Positions 1 to 8,968 of a stretch of 64,000 bases of DNA are shown piece by piece (the stretch's first letter is position 1; each line of letters opens with the position of its first letter). This stretch comes from a virus. Its lineage: Duplodnaviria > Caudoviricetes. Location: positions 12,653-76,652 of IMG/VR virus record IMGVR_UViG_3300033485_000007, one strand, 5' to 3'. The notes beneath the pieces are model-generated. The model saw only the letters and a list, made by a program, of their open reading frames with translations, made no database searches and was not told the origin of the DNA. The position numbers and the translations under genes are program-made.

Positions 1-156
1 GAAATCAAGCCTGACGAGAACGCGAGAATCATCGCTCTCGGCCTCTACGGTCTCACCAACGAACTTCTGGCCAAGGAAGACGGGAAACTGTCACTTGGCG
101 CTGCACAACTCAAGGCGGACTCGTTGCTCCGCGCGGCCCGAGCGGCCATCAAGTAA
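1..156 (+). CDS. 3' end of upstream head gene (partial; possibly protease/scaffold)
   Basis: Open frame from base 1 (EIKPDENARII...ARAAIK) ending TAA at 154-156, directly before the head genes; function inferred from position only. Confidence 0.45.
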   Translation, partial: EIKPDENARIIALGLYGLTNELLAKEDGKLSLGAAQLKADSLLRAARAAIK

Positions 157-171
157 GGATCAAACAAGAAC

Positions 172-615
172 ATGGCACTCACTAACGTTCAGGTTGCCGA
201 AGCGCCCGATACCAACTCCATCGCGGTCTACAACACCTCGACCACGACCGACATCCCGGCGTATCGAGCCGTTATCGTCGACGCGTCGAACATTCTCGAT
301 AACGCGCTGACGAAGAACCAAATCGCAGTTACGCTCCCTACCGATACGACCAACCCGTCGGTTATCATCGGCTTTACCCGCACCATTATCCCAGCCAGCG
401 GAAGTGGTCGAATGATTCCAGTCGGCCCCGTTACGCTCGCGGTCTGCAAGGGCGCCGTTACTGGCGGAACGGTTGTCGATAACTCGGTAACATCCAGCTA
501 TACCGGCATGGTTGCCACGCACACCGCCGGCAAGAATCAATGCGGAATCGCGCTCGCTACCGGAGCAGACGGTGACACCATCCCGGTTGTCCTCAGTGTC
601 GCGGTGAACGCGTAA
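172..615 (+). CDS. capsid decoration/cement protein (DUF2190-like)
   Basis: 147 aa, Ala/Gly/Thr/Val-rich, C-terminal GIALATGADGDTIPVVL pattern, immediately upstream of the capsid gene. Confidence 0.6.
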   Translation: MALTNVQVAEAPDTNSIAVYNTSTTTDIPAYRAVIVDASNILDNALTKNQIAVTLPTDTTNPSVIIGFTRTIIPASGSGRMIPVGPVTLAVCKGAVTGGTVVDNSVTSSYTGMVATHTAGKNQCGIALATGADGDTIPVVLSVAVNA

Positions 616-650
616 TCGCATCCCAGACTTTTATCGGAGATTTATCACAC

Positions 651-1961
651 ATGACCGACCACAACATCGTCCCGCTTACTCACGCGGTCGTCGCTCCCGG
701 GCAGTCCCTGAGCGCCCAACCCACGCACATCGACATCACCTCGGGGCATCTATTTGACGGCGCTGGTAACTCTGCGGGTCGATGGATTCCGCGAGACGAC
801 AGCGCAACGGCTGACCAGAACAAGGCCCTTGCTGCCTATGCCGCGTCCCGGACCGCTCGAGCTACCGCATGCAGCATTGCCTCGAACGGGTTTTCAACGA
901 ATCGTGACCTCGTTCTTCAGCAGGCTCGCGACGTAATTGCGCTCTCGTCCGCCGATGAGTCCACGCGCGCTCAGGCTCTTGATATCGGCACCGCCGACGT
1001 CCACATCCCGTCCGCTCTCCCGAACTTCATCAGCGGCTACAAGAACGAAGGCCCCGTCGCCGACATTTTTAGTCCTCCGCTGATTGTCGCGAAGAACACG
1101 GACAAGTACTACCAATACGACAAGGCTGACGCGTACCAACGCGCCATCCCGATGCTCGGTGCCGGTGGGACGCAGACGATGGAAGTCGTTCCGCGGTTCG
1201 CTTCGACCCAATACACGACGGTGCAACGCGCTATTGGCGGATTCGTGACGACTGAGGTTGAGGCGAATCAAGACTCCGCGCTACGCCTCAAGCAGGGAAC
1301 GCTTCGCCGTATGGTGAATTCCGCTCTCATGGAGCGAGAGATTCGCGTCGCCTCGATGGCTCGCACGTCCGGTAACTGGAACAGCGCGACCACGCTCGCG
1401 TCTGGATACCAATGGAACGGTGGGGCGAATAGCGATCCAGTCAAGGACTTCAACACCGCGCAAGAGGCGAGTTACGGCAAGATTTCTGGCGCCATCATCC
1501 CAGAGCACATCTGGAATGCGATGCGCAGGAATCCGGCGGTGCGCTCGTACTACACGTACAGCGGCTCGGCTCCTGGTATGGTCAGTGAGGAGCAACTTGT
1601 CTCGCTCTTGCAGCTCCCGACCATCTACGTTGCTCGGATGAAGTACATCGACTCGACCGGTGCGCTCAAATACATCTGGGGTAACGACGCTGTATTGTTC
1701 CGCAGCCCGGAGCAAATTCCCCCGATGGATCAAGAGGACGTTGCGACTTCGTACACGTTCCGCTGGAGCATGGGTGGCCTCAATGTCCCCGACGTCAGCT
1801 CGAATGGTGTCAATGGTCTTGGTAACGGGTTCATTGTCCGCCAGTTCTACAATCAGTACCGCGGCCCGCTCGGTGGGTCGCAAATGGTCCTGACGCACGC
1901 AGATGCGGAGAAGATGACCTCCGCATTCATCGGTAACCTGCTCATCAACGCTTACCAGTAA
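651..1961 (+). CDS. major capsid protein (phage capsid E-like) with N-terminal extension
   Basis: 436 aa; VHIPSALPNFISGYKN...VAKNTDKYYQY, MEREIRVA, W...NSDPVKD and YIWGNDAVL segments typical of this MCP family; followed by a terminator-like hairpin. Confidence 0.8.
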   Translation: MTDHNIVPLTHAVVAPGQSLSAQPTHIDITSGHLFDGAGNSAGRWIPRDDSATADQNKALAAYAASRTARATACSIASNGFSTNRDLVLQQARDVIALSSADESTRAQALDIGTADVHIPSALPNFISGYKNEGPVADIFSPPLIVAKNTDKYYQYDKADAYQRAIPMLGAGGTQTMEVVPRFASTQYTTVQRAIGGFVTTEVEANQDSALRLKQGTLRRMVNSALMEREIRVASMARTSGNWNSATTLASGYQWNGGANSDPVKDFNTAQEASYGKISGAIIPEHIWNAMRRNPAVRSYYTYSGSAPGMVSEEQLVSLLQLPTIYVARMKYIDSTGALKYIWGNDAVLFRSPEQIPPMDQEDVATSYTFRWSMGGLNVPDVSSNGVNGLGNGFIVRQFYNQYRGPLGGSQMVLTHADAEKMTSAFIGNLLINAYQ

Positions 1962-1970
1962 TCGACAGAT

Positions 1971-2000
1971 GGGGCCGGAGTAGCGCTCGGCCCCTGTTTC
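1971..2000 (+). terminator. putative intrinsic terminator after MCP
   Basis: GGGGCCG(G)AG / CTCGGCCCC stem followed by TGTTT. Confidence 0.5.
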
Positions 2001-2042
2001 GTTAGCGAGGGCGATATCTCGCAGTCCCAGGAGAACAATTCA

Positions 2043-2468
2043 ATGGCACAGATTCAACCGCAAGAGACCGCGCGACCTAAGACGCTCAAGATTCGCATGA
2101 AGCCCGGTCAGGGCAAGATGCTCATTGGGCGCCGATGGCGGCTATCGAATGGCGAACTGACTGACAAGCTACCATCGGATTCGCAAGAGCGGATGAACCC
2201 CGAGGACGAGTGGCTCGAGGCTCGCGAGATTGACGAAAACGGGATCCCGAGCGAAGGTCCAATTGCTGAGGTAACCGAGTCCGCTGTCCGTAAGATGCTC
2301 GATGCGCGCGGGAAGCCTTCGCGCGTGATTGATGGCTATCGTATGGTCAAGTACCAAGGCCAACTCACAAATAACGAAAACGGTGAACAGGTCCGTACCA
2401 GGACCGAGTTCTCACCAGCGGCCCAACAGGGCGCATTCGACGACGCCACGTTCGAAATTGTCAACTAA
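2043..2468 (+). CDS. hypothetical head-module protein
   Basis: 141-aa ORF with GGAG RBS, in gene order. Confidence 0.6.
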   Translation: MAQIQPQETARPKTLKIRMKPGQGKMLIGRRWRLSNGELTDKLPSDSQERMNPEDEWLEAREIDENGIPSEGPIAEVTESAVRKMLDARGKPSRVIDGYRMVKYQGQLTNNENGEQVRTRTEFSPAAQQGAFDDATFEIVN

Positions 2469-2474
2469 CAGCCC

Positions 2475-2963
2475 ATGACCACCCCGCTAATAACAGCATC
2501 GGACCTGAGAAACGCGCTGTCGCCGTCAACGTACATGGCGCTTTTCGACGACGAGCAATGCGGGAGCACTGTCGAAGTTGACGCGTCTGGGCCCGTACTG
2601 CTCGTCCTGCGACGGGCCCACATCAAGTGCATAACCTGGCTTGGAGCCAATTACACCAAGATACCGGACGGCACCGACACGAACATATCGGACCTGCTTG
2701 TTGATGCGGAGCTAAACTACGCAATCGCGCTGGCTTACGACCGCCACCCGGAATACGTCAGGGCGTACGGTGAGGAACCAAAACGCAAGGCGGCTTGGGA
2801 CCAGGCCGAGCTAACGATGATGCGCGTACAAGAGGCGGTGCTTAAGTTCGTCGACCTTCCTGACATGGAAGAGCCGCAAAACGTTGGCGGTGTTGTTGTC
2901 GATGGCGGGCAGCGCGTATTCCTTACTGCAAACGACGGAACGGTGAACGGCGGGGATTTCTAA
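2475..2963 (+). CDS. head-tail adaptor (Mu gp36/DUF1320-like)
   Basis: 162 aa, helical; ITASDLRNALS...LFDD start and position after MCP resemble gp36-type adaptors. Confidence 0.6.
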   Translation: MTTPLITASDLRNALSPSTYMALFDDEQCGSTVEVDASGPVLLVLRRAHIKCITWLGANYTKIPDGTDTNISDLLVDAELNYAIALAYDRHPEYVRAYGEEPKRKAAWDQAELTMMRVQEAVLKFVDLPDMEEPQNVGGVVVDGGQRVFLTANDGTVNGGDF

Positions 2964-3689
2964 ATGGCTGACAGGCTCGGAAATCTAGCTCTACCAGTCG
3001 AGATAACCGAGCCCGCTGGCGACCCGTTAAGGGAGACGCTTGGCTCGTATCTACAGGCCGCAATACGTTATTACTGCGCCGATGCGTGGGCGGCAATTGG
3101 CGGTCGAGATAACGACCCATGCGCACGAGTTGAGACTAACGACCCGAACGACAACACGTTCCACACGAGCTCGCTTCCTTGTCTTTGCTTATACCGCGAC
3201 GACCGTAACCGCAAGGTGGTCTATCTCGGTAACGATACGTCGTATCGCGAGGCTAACATCGTTCTGCTCTGGATACCACCCACGGCCGTCCAGGAGCACA
3301 AGGCGCGTCGCGAGTCGTTCTTCAACGCGGTTGAGGGCGCCATCGTTCTCGGCCTCTCACGCGGTAGAGTTCCGACGTGGATTGCCGCTGGTGACACGGA
3401 CCCGGTTTCACAATATCGCGGCTCGCATATCGGTAACCAGCTCGGTCTGATGAAGCCAGTGCATCACGGTGACATCCGTTTCGACGACTTCACGCTCACT
3501 ATCGAAATGCTCGGCGCTCCACCGCGCAAGTACCCTGCACTTCGTGGGATGCTGACGATTCACGAGCAGCTTATCCTTGACCCGTCACTCGGTAACGTAA
3601 CGGCCGCAATTGGCCCGCTTACCGTTGGCGGCTCCACGCTTAGCGTAAATGGCGTCCCATGGTCCACCCTAATCGACCCGATACCATAA
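2964..3689 (+). CDS. neck/tail-terminator-like protein
   Basis: 241-aa ORF abutting the adaptor; assignment by position. Confidence 0.45.
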   Translation: MADRLGNLALPVEITEPAGDPLRETLGSYLQAAIRYYCADAWAAIGGRDNDPCARVETNDPNDNTFHTSSLPCLCLYRDDRNRKVVYLGNDTSYREANIVLLWIPPTAVQEHKARRESFFNAVEGAIVLGLSRGRVPTWIAAGDTDPVSQYRGSHIGNQLGLMKPVHHGDIRFDDFTLTIEMLGAPPRKYPALRGMLTIHEQLILDPSLGNVTAAIGPLTVGGSTLSVNGVPWSTLIDPIP

Positions 3690-3898
3690 TGACCAAGCGC
3701 AAAACCAACATCAAGTACGAGCGACCGTATCCGCCGCGACGCCACGAAGATTCGAACTTTCGCGGCCTCCATCTCGACGACGAGAACCAAGCGACGGTAT
3801 CGACCGTGCTCGGTATCGACCGCGCGCGCAAAATCGGCACCTCGGACGTCCTGTGTCTGATGGCGCGAGTTCATACGGCTCACAATGCTCTGGGTTGA
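3689..3898 (+). CDS. small hypothetical protein
   Basis: ATG overlaps the TAA of the previous gene (TAATG). Confidence 0.45.
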   Translation: MTKRKTNIKYERPYPPRRHEDSNFRGLHLDDENQATVSTVLGIDRARKIGTSDVLCLMARVHTAHNALG

Positions 3899-4001
3899 GT
3901 TCGATAAGTTCGCCTGGACAGGACTAAGCAGCGGGACGCCAGCTTTGGTACTGCTGTTCCTATGCGCCGGGTTCTGGTTGACCGTATTTATTTTCCGATG
4001 A
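3885..4001 (+). CDS. 38-aa hydrophobic peptide (not in ORF track)
   Basis: MLWVEFDKFAWTGLSSGTPALVLLFLCAGFWLTVFIFR; fills the gap before 4003; one TM-like stretch. Confidence 0.35.
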   Translation: MLWVEFDKFAWTGLSSGTPALVLLFLCAGFWLTVFIFR

Positions 4002-4002
4002 C

Positions 4003-4554
4003 ATGATCGACTTTAAAATCGACACAACCGAGTTGCACCGGAAGATAACCGCGTCGCTGCCAGCAATCGAGCGGGACATGATGCGAGCGGTCAATTCCGC
4101 GTCCAAGACGTATGTCGACAAGGCGAAACAGGGCGAGTTCAAAGACCAGACTGGCCAGCTTCGGAATAGCATTAGCTACGTGATGATCGGTTGGCAAAAC
4201 CGAGGCTATTACAACAAGGTGATGGCCGCGACGCCGTACGCGCTGTTTGTTGAGGAGCCTACGAAGCCGCATTGGATTTACCCCAAGGCTGGGTACAACG
4301 CTCCCGTGTCGTCACTCATGCCTGGCCAGACTAGGCGAGGTCGAGGCCCCGGGCCGCATATGCACACGGTCGGCGGAGGTCACGCCTTGCGGTGGAAAGA
4401 CGCTGGCGGCAACGAGCACTTCGCTTCACGAGTTTACCACCCCGGCACCGCTGGGTTTCACTACATGCAACGCGCCGGGGAATGGGCGCGAATCAAACTC
4501 ATACAAGAATTGCACGGTAATTTCGTTACCTTGCGCTCAGTTTGGACTCAATAA
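4003..4554 (+). CDS. virion morphogenesis protein (Mu gpG / HK97 gp10-like)
   Basis: DQTGQLRNSI, TPYALFVEEPT, VYHPGT motifs typical of gp10-like neck proteins. Confidence 0.65.
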   Translation: MIDFKIDTTELHRKITASLPAIERDMMRAVNSASKTYVDKAKQGEFKDQTGQLRNSISYVMIGWQNRGYYNKVMAATPYALFVEEPTKPHWIYPKAGYNAPVSSLMPGQTRRGRGPGPHMHTVGGGHALRWKDAGGNEHFASRVYHPGTAGFHYMQRAGEWARIKLIQELHGNFVTLRSVWTQ

Positions 4555-5051
4555 TGATTGCGCCAAAAACACTATTACTCGTCGCAAATCCCTGGGCGGC
4601 TATCGATAGCGAGGGACGCCCGTGTGGCGCCTGCCGTCGTGACCCGGTGGAAGATAATGCTGCGCTCGGCCACATCGGGGCTCGCCTTGAAGCTGATCTA
4701 ATCCGTCCGGGTTCGGTCCGTAAGATTGGCAAGCGTGAGCAAATCACCGAGCAACCTGTCTATGACAGACGATGGGTATTTGATCCAAATCCGGTCAAGC
4801 TCCCCAACACGGCGTACTACCGTGACCGCGCAGGCAAGGCTCCATACGAGCTGTTCCCGTCCGACGAAAAGACCGCGCGCTATCTCGGCTACAAGAGCTT
4901 CACGTCCGTCGCCGACCTAATCGAGGCGCATCGCAAGCTACGCGTTGCCGAGTTCGACGCACAACACGGCGCGGGCTCGTGGCAAGAGCTCGAAGACGCG
5001 CGCAACCCCAAGACTCCCACCGCACCGGCAACGGCCAAGAGCGGCAAATAA
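4554..5051 (+). CDS. hypothetical tail-module protein
   Basis: ATG overlaps the previous TAA; sits just before the sheath. Confidence 0.55.
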   Translation: MIAPKTLLLVANPWAAIDSEGRPCGACRRDPVEDNAALGHIGARLEADLIRPGSVRKIGKREQITEQPVYDRRWVFDPNPVKLPNTAYYRDRAGKAPYELFPSDEKTARYLGYKSFTSVADLIEAHRKLRVAEFDAQHGAGSWQELEDARNPKTPTAPATAKSGK

Positions 5052-5072
5052 CAACCCTTTGGAGGGCTTTAG

Positions 5073-6572
5073 ATGGCTTCCTCAATTGTCATTCTCGGCT
5101 GGACTTCCGACGATAAAGTCCCCGGCGCGTATCGTGAGACGGTATTTGGTACCGGTCGACTCAGTGTCGGCGCGTACCCCGTCAAGCTGCTGATTACAGG
5201 CACCAAGCTCGCGACTGGCTCGGCTGTTGTCGACCAGGACATCGTGCCTATTTACTCGACCGCAGATGCGAACACGAAGCTCGGCGCAAAGAGCACGGCC
5301 AAGCGTCAGGCGAACGGAGCGCTCAATATCCCAGGCGTCAACCTTTACGCCGCGCCTCCCGCTGTTGCCGGTGGAGCCGTTGCTGCTACCGCGAGCGTTG
5401 TCATCGGCGGAAGCTGGACAACCTCTGGCGCCATCAAGTTCCGAATCGGCGGCGATTACTTCGAAGTCCCTGTTGGAGCGACTCAGGTCGCCACGGATGC
5501 CGGCACAACGTTCCGCACCGAATGCAACGCGCTCCCAGATGGTCTCGTTACCGCATCCGGTTCAACTGCAACGTCGACGATTACAGCCAACAACCTTGGC
5601 ACGCAGGGGAATACGGTTCTCGTCTATTGGGACCTCTCCGAGGCTCCAGTCGGGCTAACCGTCGCTGTTACCGGCGGAACCGCTCTGCATGACCGTCTGG
5701 TGCCGCTTTCAGGTGGGACTGGCACCGAGAGCCTGGCTAACGTAATCGCGCTTCTCAAAGCCGATGTGTACGACTACATCGCGGTCGCTCAGGTCGACGC
5801 AACCAACGTTGGGCTCGTCGAAGCTCACATGGGTTCCGAGGCTGGCCCGACTATCTCGTATCTCGAGCACGCCATCGTTGCCAATACCGGGACGCTTGTC
5901 GCGGCTAGCTCTATTTCGCAGACCACGCTCAATGACTATCGGTCGTGCGTTCTCTGGTACGAAAACAGCGAGACGCACCCGTCGGAGCTCGCTGCTAGCG
6001 TCGGCGCTATCCGAGCCGTGACTGAGCCGAGCTCGCCGAATTTCAACTACGACGACTACCCGGTCCCTGGCGCAATCCCTCAGGTTTACGCCGCGGACAA
6101 GGCTCTCCATGCGACTCTCAAGTCGGCACTCAATAGCGGGCTTACGCCACTGACCGAAAAGAACGGCGTGGTCACAATCGTTCGCGGAATCGTCTCGCAC
6201 TGCCTAAACGGTTCGTCTCCCGACTACCGTTGCCTCGACTGGGGAGACGCAATCGTTCCCGACCGAATCAGTAAAGAGCTCGGCGCGGAGTGGGTCGGAA
6301 TCTTCAAGCCAGCCAACCCGTACGTCGGACCAGATGCGGTCGGTTCGGAAGCGGACCCGCCAGAAGGTGTTGGGACGCCTGGACGATGGAAGTCGTCGGT
6401 GTACGGAATTCTCAAAGAATCCGAGCGAGCCAACTGGCTCCAGGATGTTGACGCGAACCTGCCCGATGTCGAGTACGACAACGACCGAGCGGCCCTCGTG
6501 TGCGCAGTGCCTGTTGTGGTTCGTAAGCAGCAACACGCCATCGGTATCAGCGTTCGACAACAGGCCGCGTAA
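5073..6572 (+). CDS. contractile tail sheath protein (Mu gpL-like)
   Basis: 499 aa; KVPGAYRE start, LLITGTKL, SALNSGLTPL...IVRGI, CLDW motifs of Mu-like sheaths. Confidence 0.85.
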   Translation: MASSIVILGWTSDDKVPGAYRETVFGTGRLSVGAYPVKLLITGTKLATGSAVVDQDIVPIYSTADANTKLGAKSTAKRQANGALNIPGVNLYAAPPAVAGGAVAATASVVIGGSWTTSGAIKFRIGGDYFEVPVGATQVATDAGTTFRTECNALPDGLVTASGSTATSTITANNLGTQGNTVLVYWDLSEAPVGLTVAVTGGTALHDRLVPLSGGTGTESLANVIALLKADVYDYIAVAQVDATNVGLVEAHMGSEAGPTISYLEHAIVANTGTLVAASSISQTTLNDYRSCVLWYENSETHPSELAASVGAIRAVTEPSSPNFNYDDYPVPGAIPQVYAADKALHATLKSALNSGLTPLTEKNGVVTIVRGIVSHCLNGSSPDYRCLDWGDAIVPDRISKELGAEWVGIFKPANPYVGPDAVGSEADPPEGVGTPGRWKSSVYGILKESERANWLQDVDANLPDVEYDNDRAALVCAVPVVVRKQQHAIGISVRQQAA

Positions 6573-6580
6573 GGAATCAC

Positions 6581-6964
6581 ATGGCAGACATCATCAAACC
6601 AGCCAATATCTACGTCGACGGTAGCAAGGTAGCGACCGCTACCAGTATCGAGACGACGATTGACGCGCCTGGCGAGCTACAGATTACAGCCGAGGGCGTC
6701 ATCGGTCGCGCCCAGGGTGTTGCAACGAGCAAGATCACGCTCAACACCATCACCACGTTCGGCGGAAAGTCCAACACGCAAAAGTTGCTCACCGCGATGC
6801 TCAACAACACGCCAATTAAGATCACGATTGGTGTTCAAGACGGCAAGATTCGTGAGTACAAAGAAATGTACTGTCACTCGGAAAAGTTCAGCTCCGACTT
6901 TGCTACCGGCAAAGCAACGGGGTCGTACGACTTCGAGGGTGGCAAACCAACCCTAACCGGGTAA
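6581..6964 (+). CDS. tail tube protein
   Basis: 127 aa, beta-rich, directly after the sheath, ends YDFEGGKP. Confidence 0.75.
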   Translation: MADIIKPANIYVDGSKVATATSIETTIDAPGELQITAEGVIGRAQGVATSKITLNTITTFGGKSNTQKLLTAMLNNTPIKITIGVQDGKIREYKEMYCHSEKFSSDFATGKATGSYDFEGGKPTLTG

Positions 6965-7076
6965 GACTCCTGCTGGGACTGGCTTCGATTGGACGCCATA
7001 AGATGACGCGCGCTTCGTCGTCACCAATCACCTACCTGACCGCCGCTGACGGTCGCCTCTTCAAAAAGGTAATGTC

Positions 7077-7766
7077 ATGCGGTTTAATCAGATTCCGGAA
7101 CATCTCACCAGTGGCTTTCGTGCGCTCAAGATCATTGAGCTCCCGTTGACCACGCAGCCCCACGGCATCCAGGCAGACACGCCTGAGCAGCAAGAGGCAA
7201 GAGGTGGGACTGAACCGGTCAAGGTTATGGTGGGTCTTCGCGCTCTCACTCCGGGTGAGCGCGCGGACGTGCTAGCCTCTGCTCACGCTTATGCGGTGAG
7301 AAAGGGTGCTAGTGGGGACGTGGAGCAAGGCGCTGGATACAGCCAAGCATTGGCGGTCTACACAGTTGCAGCGGCCACGATCGATCCGGACTCGGACCGT
7401 CGTCGGCCGCTTCTTTTTTTTGGCGATACTCTAGAGGATGCGGCAAACACGATCCGCTCTTCGCCATTGATGACGGACGATATAGTCCTGTACCTGCGCG
7501 AAAGACAGGAATCCTGGCAAGATGAAGTGAACCCACAGGCTCTTACTGTGAAAGATAGCGAGCTGTACGACATCGCTAGGAAGGCTGCAGAAAGCGCTGA
7601 TTTTTTGCACTTTATGCGGCCGGCGCTGCTGATAGCCTTAACTCGTACTTTGGCGAGTCTGCTGTTAACATCTCTCGAGGACAGCTCTACTATCATCTCT
7701 GCCTCTCAAATGGTTGGAGAAAACTCGAGCGAGAGTCCCAAGAAAAAGCCGAAAAAAAGTGACTAG
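7077..7766 (+). CDS. tail assembly chaperone (gpG-like)
   Basis: Between tube and tape measure; carries an in-phase T TTT TTG slippery site. Confidence 0.7.
   Translation: MRFNQIPEHLTSGFRALKIIELPLTTQPHGIQADTPEQQEARGGTEPVKVMVGLRALTPGERADVLASAHAYAVRKGASGDVEQGAGYSQALAVYTVAAATIDPDSDRRRPLLFFGDTLEDAANTIRSSPLMTDDIVLYLRERQESWQDEVNPQALTVKDSELYDIARKAAESADFLHFMRPALLIALTRTLASLLLTSLEDSSTIISASQMVGENSSESPKKKPKKSD
7601..7607 (+). other. putative -1 programmed frameshift site (T TTT TTG)
   Basis: GAT TTT TTG in correct X XXY YYZ phase; the -1 frame stays open to TGA at 7760-7762 (FALYAAGAADSLNSYFGES...WRKLERESQEKAEKK). Confidence 0.7.
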
Positions 7767-7772
7767 CCCCGC

Positions 7773-8276
7773 TCAACCAAGCAGCCCTAACGACTTGTTT
7801 GTGACAGCAAACTCGCCATGAAGCTCGATAGCGGAGATGTCGTAAGCGTGGGCGGCCTCTTCTGGTGTCGAGTAGATGCCAATATACTTTCCATTTCCGT
7901 TGACACAGATGTCAGCTTGCCACCTTTTGCTAGCACCGTGCCATGACACGCCTTTGAAACCGCTCTTGTTGTCCGTTCGTACGCCGACATTTGTGTTATT
8001 CTGGCCCTGCGTGCAGATGCGTAGATTCGATTTCTGGTTGTCTAGCGTGTTGCGATTCCGGTGGTCAACCTTCTCACCCGGTTTCGCAACCATAATATAT
8101 CGGTGCATGCTAATCATGTGCCGCTTCTCGCCTTTTTTACGTGGCGACATTCTCGCGGCGTAGTAAGATTTTGCAGACTGGTTCCACATTGCGTACCACT
8201 TGTACGCATTCAGCCTCTCGAAATCCTCATCGTCTACGAGAGCAAACTGTCCCTGGGTTAGCTTGATACGTTTCAC
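7773..8276 (-). CDS. HNH-AP2 homing endonuclease (copy 1)
   Basis: IKLTQGQFALVDDED, VDHRNRNTLDNQKSNLR, SGFKGVSW...AAHAYD; likely GTG start at 8276. Confidence 0.9.
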   Translation of the reverse strand: MKRIKLTQGQFALVDDEDFERLNAYKWYAMWNQSAKSYYAARMSPRKKGEKRHMISMHRYIMVAKPGEKVDHRNRNTLDNQKSNLRICTQGQNNTNVGVRTDNKSGFKGVSWHGASKRWQADICVNGNGKYIGIYSTPEEAAHAYDISAIELHGEFAVTNKSLGLLG

Positions 8277-8282
8277 GCGCGA

Positions 8283-8311
8283 ACCATACCACGCTGCCAG
8301 CAAGTCGTCAA
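8283..8311 (-). promoter_or_regulatory. sigma70-type promoter of HNH copy 1 (leaderless)
   Basis: TTGACG-17-TATGGT, 6 nt before GTG. Confidence 0.6.
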
Positions 8312-8341
8312 GTCGCGCGCCACTCGGGCTAGATTCAGAAT

Positions 8342-8393
8342 AGATCAGTCGCGCCCAACATCACGCCTTCGTTGCCATTTGCGCGACTGATCT
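8342..8393. repeat. 13-bp perfect inverted repeat / hairpin
   Basis: AGATCAGTCGCGC (8342-8354) and GCGCGACTGATCT (8381-8393). Confidence 0.85.
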
Positions 8394-8404
8394 TCACCTT
8401 GAGA

Positions 8405-8965
8405 ATGGATTCTATGTCTGCCTTCTCTCAGTTAACTGAGCACGTCTCGGTGCCGCCCCGCAAAACAGTCGTTATCCGTGCCGAGCACTGGGCTTCGACT
8501 TTCGGTGACGCGCCCGCCAACCCGATCAAAGTGGGCCTTCGTCTCCTGTCTATCGAAGACCAGGAGACCATCCGCCAGGTCGCGAACAAGGCCGCCCTCG
8601 ACGCGATTAACGCCGACCTTGACGCCCAGATTGCGGCTCACAACGCCGTGTTAGTCACGACGGTAGCGCGCGCGATATGCAGTGCGAAAGATGCGCGGCG
8701 AGGTCACGACTTCTTCTCGTCACCCGATGATCTCCTTCCCATCGCGTTAACAGAATCGTCACTAAAGTGGCTATTTGACGAGGTTGAAAAACTAACGGTC
8801 GAATGCTCGCCAATCTTTTCCGAGGCTGACGATAACGACGTTGCGGACGTCTGTGCGGCCCTTAGCGATGGCGCGTTGAACCGCCTGACCGAATCTGACC
8901 CGGTAAAAGCCGCGAGGGTAAGACGGTACTTAGACTTTGTTTTGACAGAACTTGACGAAACTTAA
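8405..8965 (+). CDS. second tail-chaperone-like protein, paralog of 7077..7766
   Basis: KVGLRLLSIEDQ vs MVGLRALTPGER, TTVARAI...RRGHDFF vs YTVAAAT...RRPLLFF; precedes the tape measure. Confidence 0.6.
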   Translation: MDSMSAFSQLTEHVSVPPRKTVVIRAEHWASTFGDAPANPIKVGLRLLSIEDQETIRQVANKAALDAINADLDAQIAAHNAVLVTTVARAICSAKDARRGHDFFSSPDDLLPIALTESSLKWLFDEVEKLTVECSPIFSEADDNDVADVCAALSDGALNRLTESDPVKAARVRRYLDFVLTELDET

Positions 8966-8968
8966 CCC

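Noticed and set aside
6965-7076. tmRNA-like 5' words and small hairpins between tube and chaperone
   Set aside because: Only about 110 nt, no 3' T-arm or CCA end; at most a local UTR structure
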